64,000 bases of DNA from a virus (lineage: Duplodnaviria > Caudoviricetes), in IMG/VR virus record IMGVR_UViG_3300028805_000067, positions 32,001 through 96,000 of that record. One strand, 5' to 3'. Below the pieces are notes generated by a model. The model made no database searches. It worked only from the letters and a program-made list of their open reading frames with translations, and had not been told where the DNA came from. The first letter of the stretch is position 1. Each line of letters begins with the position of its first letter. This document shows positions 49,003-58,880 of this stretch, piece after piece. A program made the translations under genes and the position numbers.

Positions 49003-49457
49003 AGTGACATCCTCCATCTCTTTATCTTGGCTTTATTATACCTCTGACTTGTGAATTTGTCAAGTCTGTTTTGTATATTTTTTAAAAAAATTTTTATACA
49101 AAAACTGCTGCATAAAAATTTCTTGGAATGGATCAAGTAAAATAAACTCGCTGCCTTTACGGCATATTCATTTGTAAAGGCAGCGACGAAAAATAGAGAA
49201 GCTCTCAAGGTTTTAAAAAATAGTGCTAGAAAGTGTATAGGCGGGGGGTGTATATTGGGAAAAGATCCAGCTTTTTTTAAAAAAAGAAAACGCCACCCCC
49301 TCTCCCCGTCTAAATCTTTTTTCAATTTATTAAACACAATTTAACTCTCCGCCTAAATTTTTACTAAAACGACAGCACCTTTATCACTTTTTGCCCAATA
49401 AAAAATTGACATCACCTAAAAATTTTGATATAATTATATCAGAAAGGAGGTTATCAA

Positions 49458-50546
49458 ATGGCGAAATATAAATACCGTATATTAGATAAATCTTTAAAAA
49501 CACCAGAAGAAAGAACTCAACTAGTTAACACTATATGCGAAGAAACCCCGCCTGAGTTCTTAACACCATATTACTGCACAACATTAGCAGATTATATATT
49601 AGAAGCATTACCTAAAAAAGAAAAATTATCCCACTATATCACCACTAAATACCGCCAAGTAACTCTTAACAAAAGAGAAACATCATATCAAGGCATGGCG
49701 GAAAAGCTTGAAGGCGGCGAAGATAGTATTTACAATTTAATTAGCGACTATGGCAAAGAACAATATCTTGATAATAAGGAAGATGAGCCCTTCCCTCAAG
49801 AACTACTAAACGAAAGTGCGGAGTTGCGGGTACTGCGCGAGGAAATAGACGATGTTTTACGACAACTTGCTACATCAACCGGCATGCGGCGTTCAGCCCT
49901 TCGCCGCCAACTCATAGAAATGCGGCAGCAGCAATACGACATCCGCGCTTCTTACATCAAACCCTACCGCACCACATCTATCACTCGTTCTTTTTCTCAA
50001 TTGGATTTAAACGAAACTATTACAGTCAATGCGGATGGTAGTCTGACAACGAATGGATTATGTTCAATGCTGAATCCAAAACATGTCGCCGCAGTCCTTG
50101 CCAACTATGAAAGTTTACAACAACATTCATACGGCAAGTTTAACAGCGACAGCTGGTACTTCATGATGGACTTCACTAAACTCTTCGAGCAAGACTTTAA
50201 GGCGGCAAACCCTATGTATTACGATATCGCAAGGATGAAGATAGACGGCTGCAGCAACGCGGAAATCCGTACTATGCTTGACAACAAATACCATATAGTT
50301 CATTCAATTGAATACATTTCTACCCTTTGGACAAAGAAAATTCCTGCGGCGGTCGCTGCTCTGGCGGAGGAGCAATACATAGATTGGTACTTCACCTACA
50401 AGGTTAAAGGTAAATATAAAAAATGTAATAGATGTGGGCAAATTAAATTAGCTTTACCTCGTTATTTTTCAAAGAATTCAAGTAGCAAAGATGGACTTTA
50501 TTCCATTTGCAAAGATTGCAGAAACAATAAAGGAGGAGACAAATAA
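49458..50546 (+). CDS. Putative transcription regulator (HTH plus C-terminal Zn finger)
   Basis: IARMKIDGCSNAEI helix-turn-helix-like segment; CNRC..CKDC. Confidence 0.5.
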   Translation: MAKYKYRILDKSLKTPEERTQLVNTICEETPPEFLTPYYCTTLADYILEALPKKEKLSHYITTKYRQVTLNKRETSYQGMAEKLEGGEDSIYNLISDYGKEQYLDNKEDEPFPQELLNESAELRVLREEIDDVLRQLATSTGMRRSALRRQLIEMRQQQYDIRASYIKPYRTTSITRSFSQLDLNETITVNADGSLTTNGLCSMLNPKHVAAVLANYESLQQHSYGKFNSDSWYFMMDFTKLFEQDFKAANPMYYDIARMKIDGCSNAEIRTMLDNKYHIVHSIEYISTLWTKKIPAAVAALAEEQYIDWYFTYKVKGKYKKCNRCGQIKLALPRYFSKNSSSKDGLYSICKDCRNNKGGDK

Positions 50547-50548
50547 CA

Positions 50549-51850
50549 ATGCCAAATAAATTATATTGTCCACGATGTAACAAGGAGAAGGCGGAGGTGC
50601 AGTTCTTTAAGCTGCGTAATAACAAAGGTTTTTTTGAACTCTGCAAGGAATGTACTTGTGCGCACATAGATAACTTTAATCCAGACACTTTTCTTTGGAT
50701 ACTTGAAAAGGCGGATGTACCTTGGGTGGAAACAGAATGGGTTAAAATTAGAGATAAAACCATTCGTGAAAAAGGATATGAAGGTCTTAAAAATACTTCA
50801 GTAGTTGGAAAATATTTAGCTAAAATGCGTATTAATACATTTGCTAAATATACCTGGGCGGACAGTGCTAAATTTGCGGAGGACCAGAATGAGAAGCGGA
50901 AGGCCGCGCTTGAACAGATTGAAGCTAGAAAACAAATGTTAGAGCAAGACTTAAATGAGGGAAGAATATCACAAGAAGAGTATGAGCTATTATCGTCCGC
51001 TCCTGATGTGACGCCTGAGGAAGAGCATTTTGCGCCGCCTACCGAAGAAATGCTTGCGGAAATCGCCGCTAAAGGTGCACAGCAAGCTAGTACTAATAAT
51101 TCTGGCACTGGTCCGGTTACAATGAACTTCTTTGACGAAAAAAATTATATTCCAGAAGAAGAAATACCAGACCCCGCCGCAGATATGAGCCAAGAGCTAA
51201 AAATAGCATTGGTGCAAAAATGGGGTAGATTATATTCACCACAAGAACTTCTTGCTCTTGAAAATTATTATCAAGAAATGATGGCATCCTTTGATATTCA
51301 TGATGCGGATACTCTTAATACACTTCGTCTATTGTCTAAAACAGTTCTAAAAATGGACCAAGCTATGGACCGCGGTGATACTGATACATATTTAAAACTG
51401 TCAAAAGTAGCAGATATGCAACGAAAATCCGCAAAATTTACAGCGGCACAGAATAAGGCAGATAACATTAATACATTTGATTCAGTTGGCGCGGTGGTAG
51501 CTTTATGCGAAAAAGAAGGAGATTTTATTCCTAGATATATTCCAGATGATAAATACCCACAAGATAAAATTGATTTGACTTTAAAAGATACGCAGCAATA
51601 TCTGTATAACTTGGTTACAGAAGATCTAGGTTTCAGTCAGCAACTAGAAAATGCTATTAAGAATCTACAGAATAGACAACAGGCGGAGGCCCTTGCTGAA
51701 AAAGAAGCAGAGCTAGATAATTATTATAACGCCGACCGCCATATTTTAGATGATGAGTCATTTGAAGATTTCTATGCCTCAGTAGAAGAACAGCGTGCGG
51801 CGGATGCTGGTATCACTGCTGCACTTGATTTATCTAATGCGGAGGTATGA
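50549..51850 (+). CDS. Zn-finger protein, possible terminase small subunit
   Basis: CPRC..CKEC; overlaps the start of the large terminase. Confidence 0.45.
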   Translation: MPNKLYCPRCNKEKAEVQFFKLRNNKGFFELCKECTCAHIDNFNPDTFLWILEKADVPWVETEWVKIRDKTIREKGYEGLKNTSVVGKYLAKMRINTFAKYTWADSAKFAEDQNEKRKAALEQIEARKQMLEQDLNEGRISQEEYELLSSAPDVTPEEEHFAPPTEEMLAEIAAKGAQQASTNNSGTGPVTMNFFDEKNYIPEEEIPDPAADMSQELKIALVQKWGRLYSPQELLALENYYQEMMASFDIHDADTLNTLRLLSKTVLKMDQAMDRGDTDTYLKLSKVADMQRKSAKFTAAQNKADNINTFDSVGAVVALCEKEGDFIPRYIPDDKYPQDKIDLTLKDTQQYLYNLVTEDLGFSQQLENAIKNLQNRQQAEALAEKEAELDNYYNADRHILDDESFEDFYASVEEQRAADAGITAALDLSNAEV

Positions 51851-53613
51851 TTATGGATGTTATTGAACAAGAATTACAACAATTTATTAAAATTGATAAT
51901 AATTTAAAAAAGATAGGTATTTCACAAGCGCGTATTGAAGCTTGTATGCCAAAACTGCGTAAACAAATTGCATTTTGGCGAGAGTATCCTGATTTATTTG
52001 TAGACTTTATGTGCGGCATAGATGCTGAAGGCGGAAAACCAAAAGAAACATTAAATCTATTCTTTTATCAGCGTGTATTTTTGCGAGCGGCTATTCGTCA
52101 TAGACTGGCCTATTGTGTTTTTCCACGAGCCTATTCTAAATCCTTTCTTAGCTTTTTAACGCTAATAGTTAGATGTATTTTATATCCTGGTGCTCAATTG
52201 TTCGTTACTACTGGTGGTAAAGCTCAGGCAGCTAGTATAGCAAAAGAAAAAGTTAATGAAATTTGCTATCTTGTACCTGGTTTCCATAATGAGATTAACT
52301 GGACAAGAGGCGCATCTAAAGAAAGTAAAGATTATGTAGAATATATATTCAAAAATGGTAGTAATTTAGCGGTTGTCGCTACCAGTAATGCTACGCGTGG
52401 TCAGCGTAAAACAGGTGGCTTAATGGAAGAGGTAATTCTTATAGATGGCCAGCTTTTGAATGAAGTTATCTTACCTTTGATGAATGTAGATAGACTTTTG
52501 CCAAATGGAACTAGACATGAAGAAGAAAATGTAAATAAATCACAAATATATATTACGACTGCAGGCTTCAAACAAACATTTGCTTATCAGAAGCTGATTG
52601 AAATAGTTATTCAGCAGCTTATTAACCCAGACGCCGCGATTGTTTTAGGTGGAACATGGCGGGTTCCGGTAATGGAACATTTGCTTTCTAAAAATTTTGT
52701 AAATGAATTAAAAGATGCTGGAACATATAATGAGGATTCATTTGCACGAGAATATGAGTCGCACTGGGTGGGGGATTCAGAAAATGCTTTCTTTTCTTCT
52801 GACAGCTTTGATAAAAATAGAATTTTATTACAGCCTGAATATGAATATTCTGGAAGAACTTCTAAATCTGGATATTATATATTATCTGTCGATGTAGGTC
52901 GTAAAGGTTGTACTTCTGAAGTGTGCGTATGGAAAGTTACACCACAAGTACAAGGAGCAAGTTTAAAATCATTAGTAATGTTATATTCTTATGATGAAGA
53001 ACATTTTGGTCTGCAAGCTGCTCACTTAAAAAATTTATATTATAAATATAAAGCTAGACGGTTAATCATAGATGCCAATGGTCTTGGTATTGGTTTAGTA
53101 GACTTTATGGTAATCCCAACTACAGATCCTGATACTGGAGATGTTTATCCACCATTTGGTGTAGATAATGATGAAGATGGTACATATAAAAAATTTAAAA
53201 CTAGTGATATGGAGGCTAATGCTATGTGGCTGATTAAAGCTAATGCGCCTATAAATACTGAAGCACATACAAATGCACAGACTCAATTGTCTAGTGGCAA
53301 AATAAAGCTATTAATAGACCAAAATACAGCTAAAGCTAAATTATTAGCTACTAAGCGTGGGCAAGAAATGACAGTAGAAGAAAGAAATAAATATTTACAG
53401 CCTTATGTAATGACATCTATTTTAAAAGAACAAATGGGTAATCTTATAGAGGAAAATGAAGGTATTAATATTATATTAAAACAAAAAAACAAGGCAGTTT
53501 CTAAAGATAGGTTTTCTGCTTTTGAATATGGTTTATATTACATTAAGTTAGAAGAAGATTCTAAAAAGCGTAGAAAAGGTAATCGTATGGCTGATATAAT
53601 GTTTTGGAATTAA
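51847..53613 (+). CDS. terL: Terminase large subunit
   Basis: FYQ adenine motif, PRAYSKS Walker A, LMEE Walker B, ITTAG, SVDVGR nuclease, KDRFSA. Confidence 0.93.
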   Translation: MIMDVIEQELQQFIKIDNNLKKIGISQARIEACMPKLRKQIAFWREYPDLFVDFMCGIDAEGGKPKETLNLFFYQRVFLRAAIRHRLAYCVFPRAYSKSFLSFLTLIVRCILYPGAQLFVTTGGKAQAASIAKEKVNEICYLVPGFHNEINWTRGASKESKDYVEYIFKNGSNLAVVATSNATRGQRKTGGLMEEVILIDGQLLNEVILPLMNVDRLLPNGTRHEEENVNKSQIYITTAGFKQTFAYQKLIEIVIQQLINPDAAIVLGGTWRVPVMEHLLSKNFVNELKDAGTYNEDSFAREYESHWVGDSENAFFSSDSFDKNRILLQPEYEYSGRTSKSGYYILSVDVGRKGCTSEVCVWKVTPQVQGASLKSLVMLYSYDEEHFGLQAAHLKNLYYKYKARRLIIDANGLGIGLVDFMVIPTTDPDTGDVYPPFGVDNDEDGTYKKFKTSDMEANAMWLIKANAPINTEAHTNAQTQLSSGKIKLLIDQNTAKAKLLATKRGQEMTVEERNKYLQPYVMTSILKEQMGNLIEENEGINIILKQKNKAVSKDRFSAFEYGLYYIKLEEDSKKRRKGNRMADIMFWN

Positions 53614-53672
53614 ATTTGGACTAAAATATAAAATCAACATATTATATTTTTAAAAAACAGTAGGAGGATAAA

Positions 53673-54029
53673 ATGAAAGCAAGTAGAGGCGAAATTACAA
53701 TATGTGAAATTTTAACTATGAATGGAATTAATTTTCAAGAAGAATATAGTTTTCCTGATTTGGTATCAAGCCACGGTGTACCATTAAGATTTGACTTTGC
53801 TGTATTTGATGATGATGGAGATATTGATTTTTTAATAGAATATCAAGGTATTCAACATTATAAACCAAAAGATAAATTTGGCGGTATGGCGGGCTTGGTT
53901 AAGCAGCAGTATAACGATATGTTGAAAAGAGAATACTGCAAAAAACATAATTTGAATTTAGTAATTATTCCTTATACAGATGAAGGAAGATTAAGTTATG
54001 ATTATATAATGCGGGCGGCTGGTTATTAA
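53673..54029 (+). CDS. PD-(D/E)XK (Vsr/DUF559-like) endonuclease
   Basis: LRFDF..IEYQGIQHY..D..KREYC..IIPY. Confidence 0.75.
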   Translation: MKASRGEITICEILTMNGINFQEEYSFPDLVSSHGVPLRFDFAVFDDDGDIDFLIEYQGIQHYKPKDKFGGMAGLVKQQYNDMLKREYCKKHNLNLVIIPYTDEGRLSYDYIMRAAGY

Positions 54030-54042
54030 GTCGTCTTGAAAG

Positions 54043-55701
54043 GTGGTAGAAATGATAAATAGAAACATTATACAAACAACGGCTGCCGCCCCAGCAAAAG
54101 CATATAGAGATTTAAAAATCAGTTCAATAGATACTGTAAAAGACGCTACTATTCCTGAGAGCACATTAAAGCGTTTTAATAAAGATTTTGCTGATAAGCA
54201 AAAAATTTTGCGTGCAATTCAAAATTATGATATAATTAAATTGCGTGAGTTATCAAATTTTTATTTTAGCGCAAGCGGTATATATAGTAGATTATGTAGA
54301 TATATGTCTAATATGTATCGTTTTGACTGGTATATTACTCCATATTTTCCAACTCATAAAAATCCTAAAGCATTAGAAATGATGGCGGGTAATAGAGTAT
54401 TAAGCAAAGAAGAACAAAAAGCTGTTGATACTTTTTATAATGTGCTTGAGTTTATGGATAGATTTGAAGTAAAAAAGAATTTTCAAGATATTGCTTCTGT
54501 TGTAGTGCGTGAAGGCTGTTATTATGGTTATATTGTTGACGCACCAGATATGGTAATGATACAAGAACTGCCTATTAAATATTGCAGGTCTAGATTTAAT
54601 CATTTAGGCAAGCCTACCGTAGAATTTAACATGGCATATTTTGATGATGAATTTTCAGATGATTTAGCTAGAAAAGAGGTTTTAAAACTTTATCCACCAG
54701 AGTTTGCGGATGCTTATAAAAAATATAAAGCTGGTAAAATTAAGCCTGTTTTTAGTGGTGATACTGGCAGTTGGCATCTGCTAGATAGACAACGAGCTTT
54801 TAAGATAAATACTGGCGGCAGTGGGGCCGGTGGCGTAACAGATATGCCATTTTTAATTTCTGTTATTCCCGCAATCATAGATTTAGATGAAACTCAAGAT
54901 TTGGCTAAACAAAAATTACAACAAGAACTTATTAAATTAGTTGTACAAAAATTGCCACTTGATAAAAATAGTGAAATGGTATTTGATCCAGACGAAGCAA
55001 AGGATATACATAAGAATGCAGTGCAAATGGTTGCTAAAGCAGTAGGTGTTAATGTACTTACTACTTTTGCAGATGTATCTGTAAATAGTTTAACTGAAAG
55101 CTCTCAGTCTAGTGTAACTGAAACCGTACTGGACTCCGCAAAAGATAATGTTTTTGATGAGGCCGGTGTATCACAGATGCAATTTAACTCTGATAACTCT
55201 GTTTCTCTTGAAAAATCTATATTAAATGATGAAGCTTCTTTGTATAATATGATTTTGCAATTGGAAAGATTGTTAAATGATATATTGGAATTAAAATGGA
55301 ATAATAAAAAGAAATATTGGTTTAAGGCTCAAATACTTTCTACAACTATTTATAATTATAAAGAAATGAGTAAATTGTATAAAGAGCAAACTCAATTAGG
55401 TTTCTCTAAAATGTTACCGCAAGTTGCTCTTGGACAGAGTCAAAGTTCTATTTTGGCAAATGTTAAATTTGAGAATGAAATGTTGCAACTTTGGGATCTG
55501 TTTATACCTCCTCTTATGAGTTCTACTATGTCTGGTGATTTCTTAAATAATAGAACAGAAGGTACTGGTAAAGGCGGAAGTAAGAGTGTTGGCGGTGGCG
55601 GAACAGCTGGTGAAGAAAGTAAAGAAGCTGGCAGGCCTACCAATGAGTCACAAGGTAAACCGACTTCCGAAAAAACAGCAGCTAATAAGGAAGCGCAATA
55701 G
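54043..55701 (+). CDS. Portal protein
   Basis: 552 aa, follows terL; helical with C-terminal GRP motif. Confidence 0.8.
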   Translation: MVEMINRNIIQTTAAAPAKAYRDLKISSIDTVKDATIPESTLKRFNKDFADKQKILRAIQNYDIIKLRELSNFYFSASGIYSRLCRYMSNMYRFDWYITPYFPTHKNPKALEMMAGNRVLSKEEQKAVDTFYNVLEFMDRFEVKKNFQDIASVVVREGCYYGYIVDAPDMVMIQELPIKYCRSRFNHLGKPTVEFNMAYFDDEFSDDLARKEVLKLYPPEFADAYKKYKAGKIKPVFSGDTGSWHLLDRQRAFKINTGGSGAGGVTDMPFLISVIPAIIDLDETQDLAKQKLQQELIKLVVQKLPLDKNSEMVFDPDEAKDIHKNAVQMVAKAVGVNVLTTFADVSVNSLTESSQSSVTETVLDSAKDNVFDEAGVSQMQFNSDNSVSLEKSILNDEASLYNMILQLERLLNDILELKWNNKKKYWFKAQILSTTIYNYKEMSKLYKEQTQLGFSKMLPQVALGQSQSSILANVKFENEMLQLWDLFIPPLMSSTMSGDFLNNRTEGTGKGGSKSVGGGGTAGEESKEAGRPTNESQGKPTSEKTAANKEAQ

Positions 55702-55783
55702 TAAAATTTTTTGGACAGGCTGTTATAAAACAGTCTGTCTAAAAATGATATAATATGAATGAATTTGATAAAGGAGAACTGTT

Positions 55784-57202
55784 ATGCAAACATATTCTGC
55801 AATAAGTGTTCCTGAAATCATTGACCTTCAACCTTTAGATGTAACTCCATATATATCTAAAGTAGATATAAAAGTTTTTTATCTTGGAAATAATGATAAT
55901 GGTTCTTCAATTGATAAAGATACCGCATTAAAAATGGCTAAAACATTACGCGGCAACCCTATTGTCGGTTGGTATTCAGATAAATCTGAAGATTTTGTAG
56001 ATCATGGTGAAGAGTGGGTACTGAATGGCGAAGGTTTTCAAGTTAATTGTTTAACTCAGCCATATGGTTATGTAGCACCTGATTCTAAAGTGTGGTTTCA
56101 ATGGTTTAGAGAAAAAGATAGAAAAACTGGAGAAATGGTTGACCGAGAATATTTAATGTGCAATGGTTATTTATGGACTGGTCAATTTCCCGAGGCAGCT
56201 CAAGCATATAAAGAAGGTAAAGGGCAATCTATGGAACTTGATGATGCTTCACTTCAAGGCGAATGGTCAAATGATTGGGAATTTTTCGTAATAACTGATG
56301 CAAATATTACTAAACTTTGTCTGTTAGGAGATGAAGTTGAGCCTTGTTTTGAGGGCGCATCTGTAACAGCCGCCACAACTCAGTTTTCTCTTAATGAAAA
56401 TGATAGTTGGTCCAAAATGCACGCTATGATAGATGAATTAAAATTTGCATTAGAAAAAGGAGGAAAGACAATGCCAAAGCCAGATGAAAATAATTTGGAC
56501 AATCAAGTTCAAAACTCTGATGAGAACTTTCAATTAGAAGGAAAGGAAGAAGAAAATTCTTCTACTCAACTGCCTGAAACACAGTTTGATGATGGCGGCG
56601 AGGGTGGCACTGAAGGTGGAGATAATGGCTCTGCTGAAGGTGGCGAATCCGGTGCTGCAGAAGGCAATGAAGCTGGTGCTACTGAAGGTAGTACAACTGG
56701 AGAAAATACTGGTTCTTCTACTACTGATTCCAATGAAGGAGAAGGTGGAACAGATGATGATAAAGACGATATTGATCCAGAGACAGAAGATTTACTTGAT
56801 GGCACTATGAATAGTGCTCAAAAAATTTATACTCAAGAAGATGTGGATGCTTTAAATGCACAAATTACTGAGTTACAAGAGAAATATACTGCTCTTGAAA
56901 ATGAAGCAATAACTTTAAGAGAGTTTAAGTTAAGCATTGAAAGAGTAGATAAGCAAAATAAAATTGCTGAATTTACTATGTTATCTGATGAAGATAAAGC
57001 AGAAATTGTAGAAAATATTGATAAATATACAATTGATGATATTGAATCTAAACTTGCTACAATTTGTTATAAAAAGAAAATTAATTTTACATCAGATAAT
57101 AATACACAAGAGTGTGGAACTACTTTTTCATTAAATACTGAATCTTATATGCCTGATTGGGTAAGAGCAGTAAGAGAAAAAGAAGAACAAAATAAGCTAT
57201 AA
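55784..57202 (+). CDS. Prohead protease/scaffold
   Basis: N.NGS, PIVG, DHG, QSMEL, CLLG..VEPCFEGA; acidic coiled-coil C-terminus. Confidence 0.8.
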   Translation: MQTYSAISVPEIIDLQPLDVTPYISKVDIKVFYLGNNDNGSSIDKDTALKMAKTLRGNPIVGWYSDKSEDFVDHGEEWVLNGEGFQVNCLTQPYGYVAPDSKVWFQWFREKDRKTGEMVDREYLMCNGYLWTGQFPEAAQAYKEGKGQSMELDDASLQGEWSNDWEFFVITDANITKLCLLGDEVEPCFEGASVTAATTQFSLNENDSWSKMHAMIDELKFALEKGGKTMPKPDENNLDNQVQNSDENFQLEGKEEENSSTQLPETQFDDGGEGGTEGGDNGSAEGGESGAAEGNEAGATEGSTTGENTGSSTTDSNEGEGGTDDDKDDIDPETEDLLDGTMNSAQKIYTQEDVDALNAQITELQEKYTALENEAITLREFKLSIERVDKQNKIAEFTMLSDEDKAEIVENIDKYTIDDIESKLATICYKKKINFTSDNNTQECGTTFSLNTESYMPDWVRAVREKEEQNKL

Positions 57203-57223
57203 TAATATAGGAGGAATAAAGAA

Positions 57224-57745
57224 ATGGCTACTTTAAAAAGAATTGGTTTTGGTCAAGTAGAGCCTAACCATCTTTCAGCTCCTAGAAATGGCCAGGTATA
57301 TGCACAGCTTCCCGCAAAGTCTAATATTAACATTCTTGAGAATGGTCAGTTTGTTAAATATGATTATGCAACTGGCGAGTGCAATTTTACTGGTGATGGA
57401 GAATGGTATCTGGTATATAATGAAGAAAAACTTTATGATGAAAGAAAACAGGCTCATAAAGATTGGGCTATGCAGAAAGTTAATTATGTAGATGGAGTTA
57501 TGACTCCTAGAGTATTTGCTGTAAAACCTGGTGATATTTATACTACTAATTGCTTTGAAGCTAATACTAGCGATTCTGCAGAGACTACTGGTGTTTCTGT
57601 AGCAGTTAATAACTACTTTACACCTGGTACAGCTGGCTATCTTGTTGCTGGAACTACAGCTTCCGCAAGCCCTGTATTCAAAGTTGTTAAATATTACACT
57701 ATGCCCGATGGACAAGATGGTGTAAAATTACAATGCATTAAATAA
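57224..57745 (+). CDS. Capsid decoration/minor head protein
   Basis: Between protease and major capsid gene; ENG..GDIYTTN. Confidence 0.6.
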   Translation: MATLKRIGFGQVEPNHLSAPRNGQVYAQLPAKSNINILENGQFVKYDYATGECNFTGDGEWYLVYNEEKLYDERKQAHKDWAMQKVNYVDGVMTPRVFAVKPGDIYTTNCFEANTSDSAETTGVSVAVNNYFTPGTAGYLVAGTTASASPVFKVVKYYTMPDGQDGVKLQCIK

Positions 57746-57763
57746 TGAAGGAGGATTACAAAA

Positions 57764-58792
57764 ATGGCATTAGATAGAGAAAACCTTATCGCTTTAGCTA
57801 AAGTTGTAGCAAATGGTAATCCTTCTACTAACTTTAGTTATAATGGCGAGACACTTAGCTGTGCTGCAGCTGAAGATGTTTTAAGAGATGAATTAAGAGC
57901 ACTTGCTCCTGATTATAGAACCTATAAAGAAAATCAAAATACTATTTTCGCTCTTATTGAGCAGGTTCTTACCGATACTCTTCCTAAAGAAGTAAAACAG
58001 CAATATGGAATGTTTGCTGATGTTATTACTATTGGACAGGGTGACCAGTATGTATTTACTCAGAAGATTACTGAAGATTCAAGAAGAAGAGCAAAGAAAA
58101 ACTTCGTTACAAAAGTTGGTCTTGCTGGTAGATATGAAGTATTCATGCTTGATGGAAAGCAAGTTGAAGTTAAGACTACTGCATACGGCGGCGCTGCTAG
58201 AATCGGTCTTGAGGAGTTCCTTGATGGTAGATTTACTTTTGATCAGTTTATCTCTATTATTAGAGAAGGTATGGCTGAGAAAGTTTATGATGAAATTATT
58301 AAAGCTCTTGACGGCGTAGTTGCTTCTATTAGACTTAGAGCTAGCAATTTCAAATCTGAAACTGCTTTCGTAGAGGCTTCTATGGATGACCTGCTTCAAG
58401 TTGCTGATAGCTATGGTAGGGCAGATATCTTCTGTACTTACAGATTTGCTGCTACTATGGTTCCTCAGGCTGGTTGGATTTCTAACGAGATGAAGAATAA
58501 AAAGTGGACTCAGGGTTACCTTGGCGACTACAAGGGACACAGAGTTATCGTTCTTGATCAGTCTTTTGAAGATGAAAAGAATACTGTAAAAGTTCTTAAT
58601 GACCAGATTGCTTACATTATTCCTAATGGTGGTGAGAAGGTAGTTAAGATTGTCTTTGAAGGACAGGCTCTTGTTCGTGAAGTTGAAGACAATGACGATT
58701 GGTCAAGAGATTTCCAGACCTATCATAAACTTGGCGTAGCTGTTGTTGGTGTAAATAACGGTTTCTGCGTTTATGAGAATACAGATCTGTAA
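57764..58792 (+). CDS. Major capsid protein
   Basis: 342 aa, synteny, strongly biased codon usage. Confidence 0.8.
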   Translation: MALDRENLIALAKVVANGNPSTNFSYNGETLSCAAAEDVLRDELRALAPDYRTYKENQNTIFALIEQVLTDTLPKEVKQQYGMFADVITIGQGDQYVFTQKITEDSRRRAKKNFVTKVGLAGRYEVFMLDGKQVEVKTTAYGGAARIGLEEFLDGRFTFDQFISIIREGMAEKVYDEIIKALDGVVASIRLRASNFKSETAFVEASMDDLLQVADSYGRADIFCTYRFAATMVPQAGWISNEMKNKKWTQGYLGDYKGHRVIVLDQSFEDEKNTVKVLNDQIAYIIPNGGEKVVKIVFEGQALVREVEDNDDWSRDFQTYHKLGVAVVGVNNGFCVYENTDL

Positions 58793-58880
58793 TTAGATAT
58801 TGAGTGTGAGTGAGGTACAATTGTACCTCACTCATTTTCTAATATCATAAGGAGTATAAAGAGAAAAAGGAGAAAAAATT

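Larger units (their letters stand above)
33126..49185. repeat. Dispersed array of 14 fixed-geometry palindromes CG-N9-C-N13-G-N9'-CG
   Basis: Starts at 33126, 35348, 37047, 38877 (36 bp), 40431, 41915, 42820, 43686, 44851, 45677, 46623, 47567, 48332 and 49149. Confidence 0.92.

Noticed and set aside
33126-49185. Palindrome array as CRISPR, TIGR array or classical integron attC sites
   Set aside because: Units are not identical or tandem (0.8-2.2 kb apart), the two variable 9-mers complement each other, RYYYAAC/GTTRRRY boxes are absent, and no cas, Tas or intI gene is visible.
33126-49185. Palindromes as plain intrinsic terminators
   Set aside because: Most have a separate adjacent terminator hairpin, and terminators do not require a fixed 12-13-12 geometry. 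A terminating side role is not excluded.
48999-58835. Shadow ORFs such as 48999-49337, 50443-51108, 57275-57715 and 58079-58540
   Set aside because: Antisense to well-supported genes or crossing regulatory DNA, without RBS.
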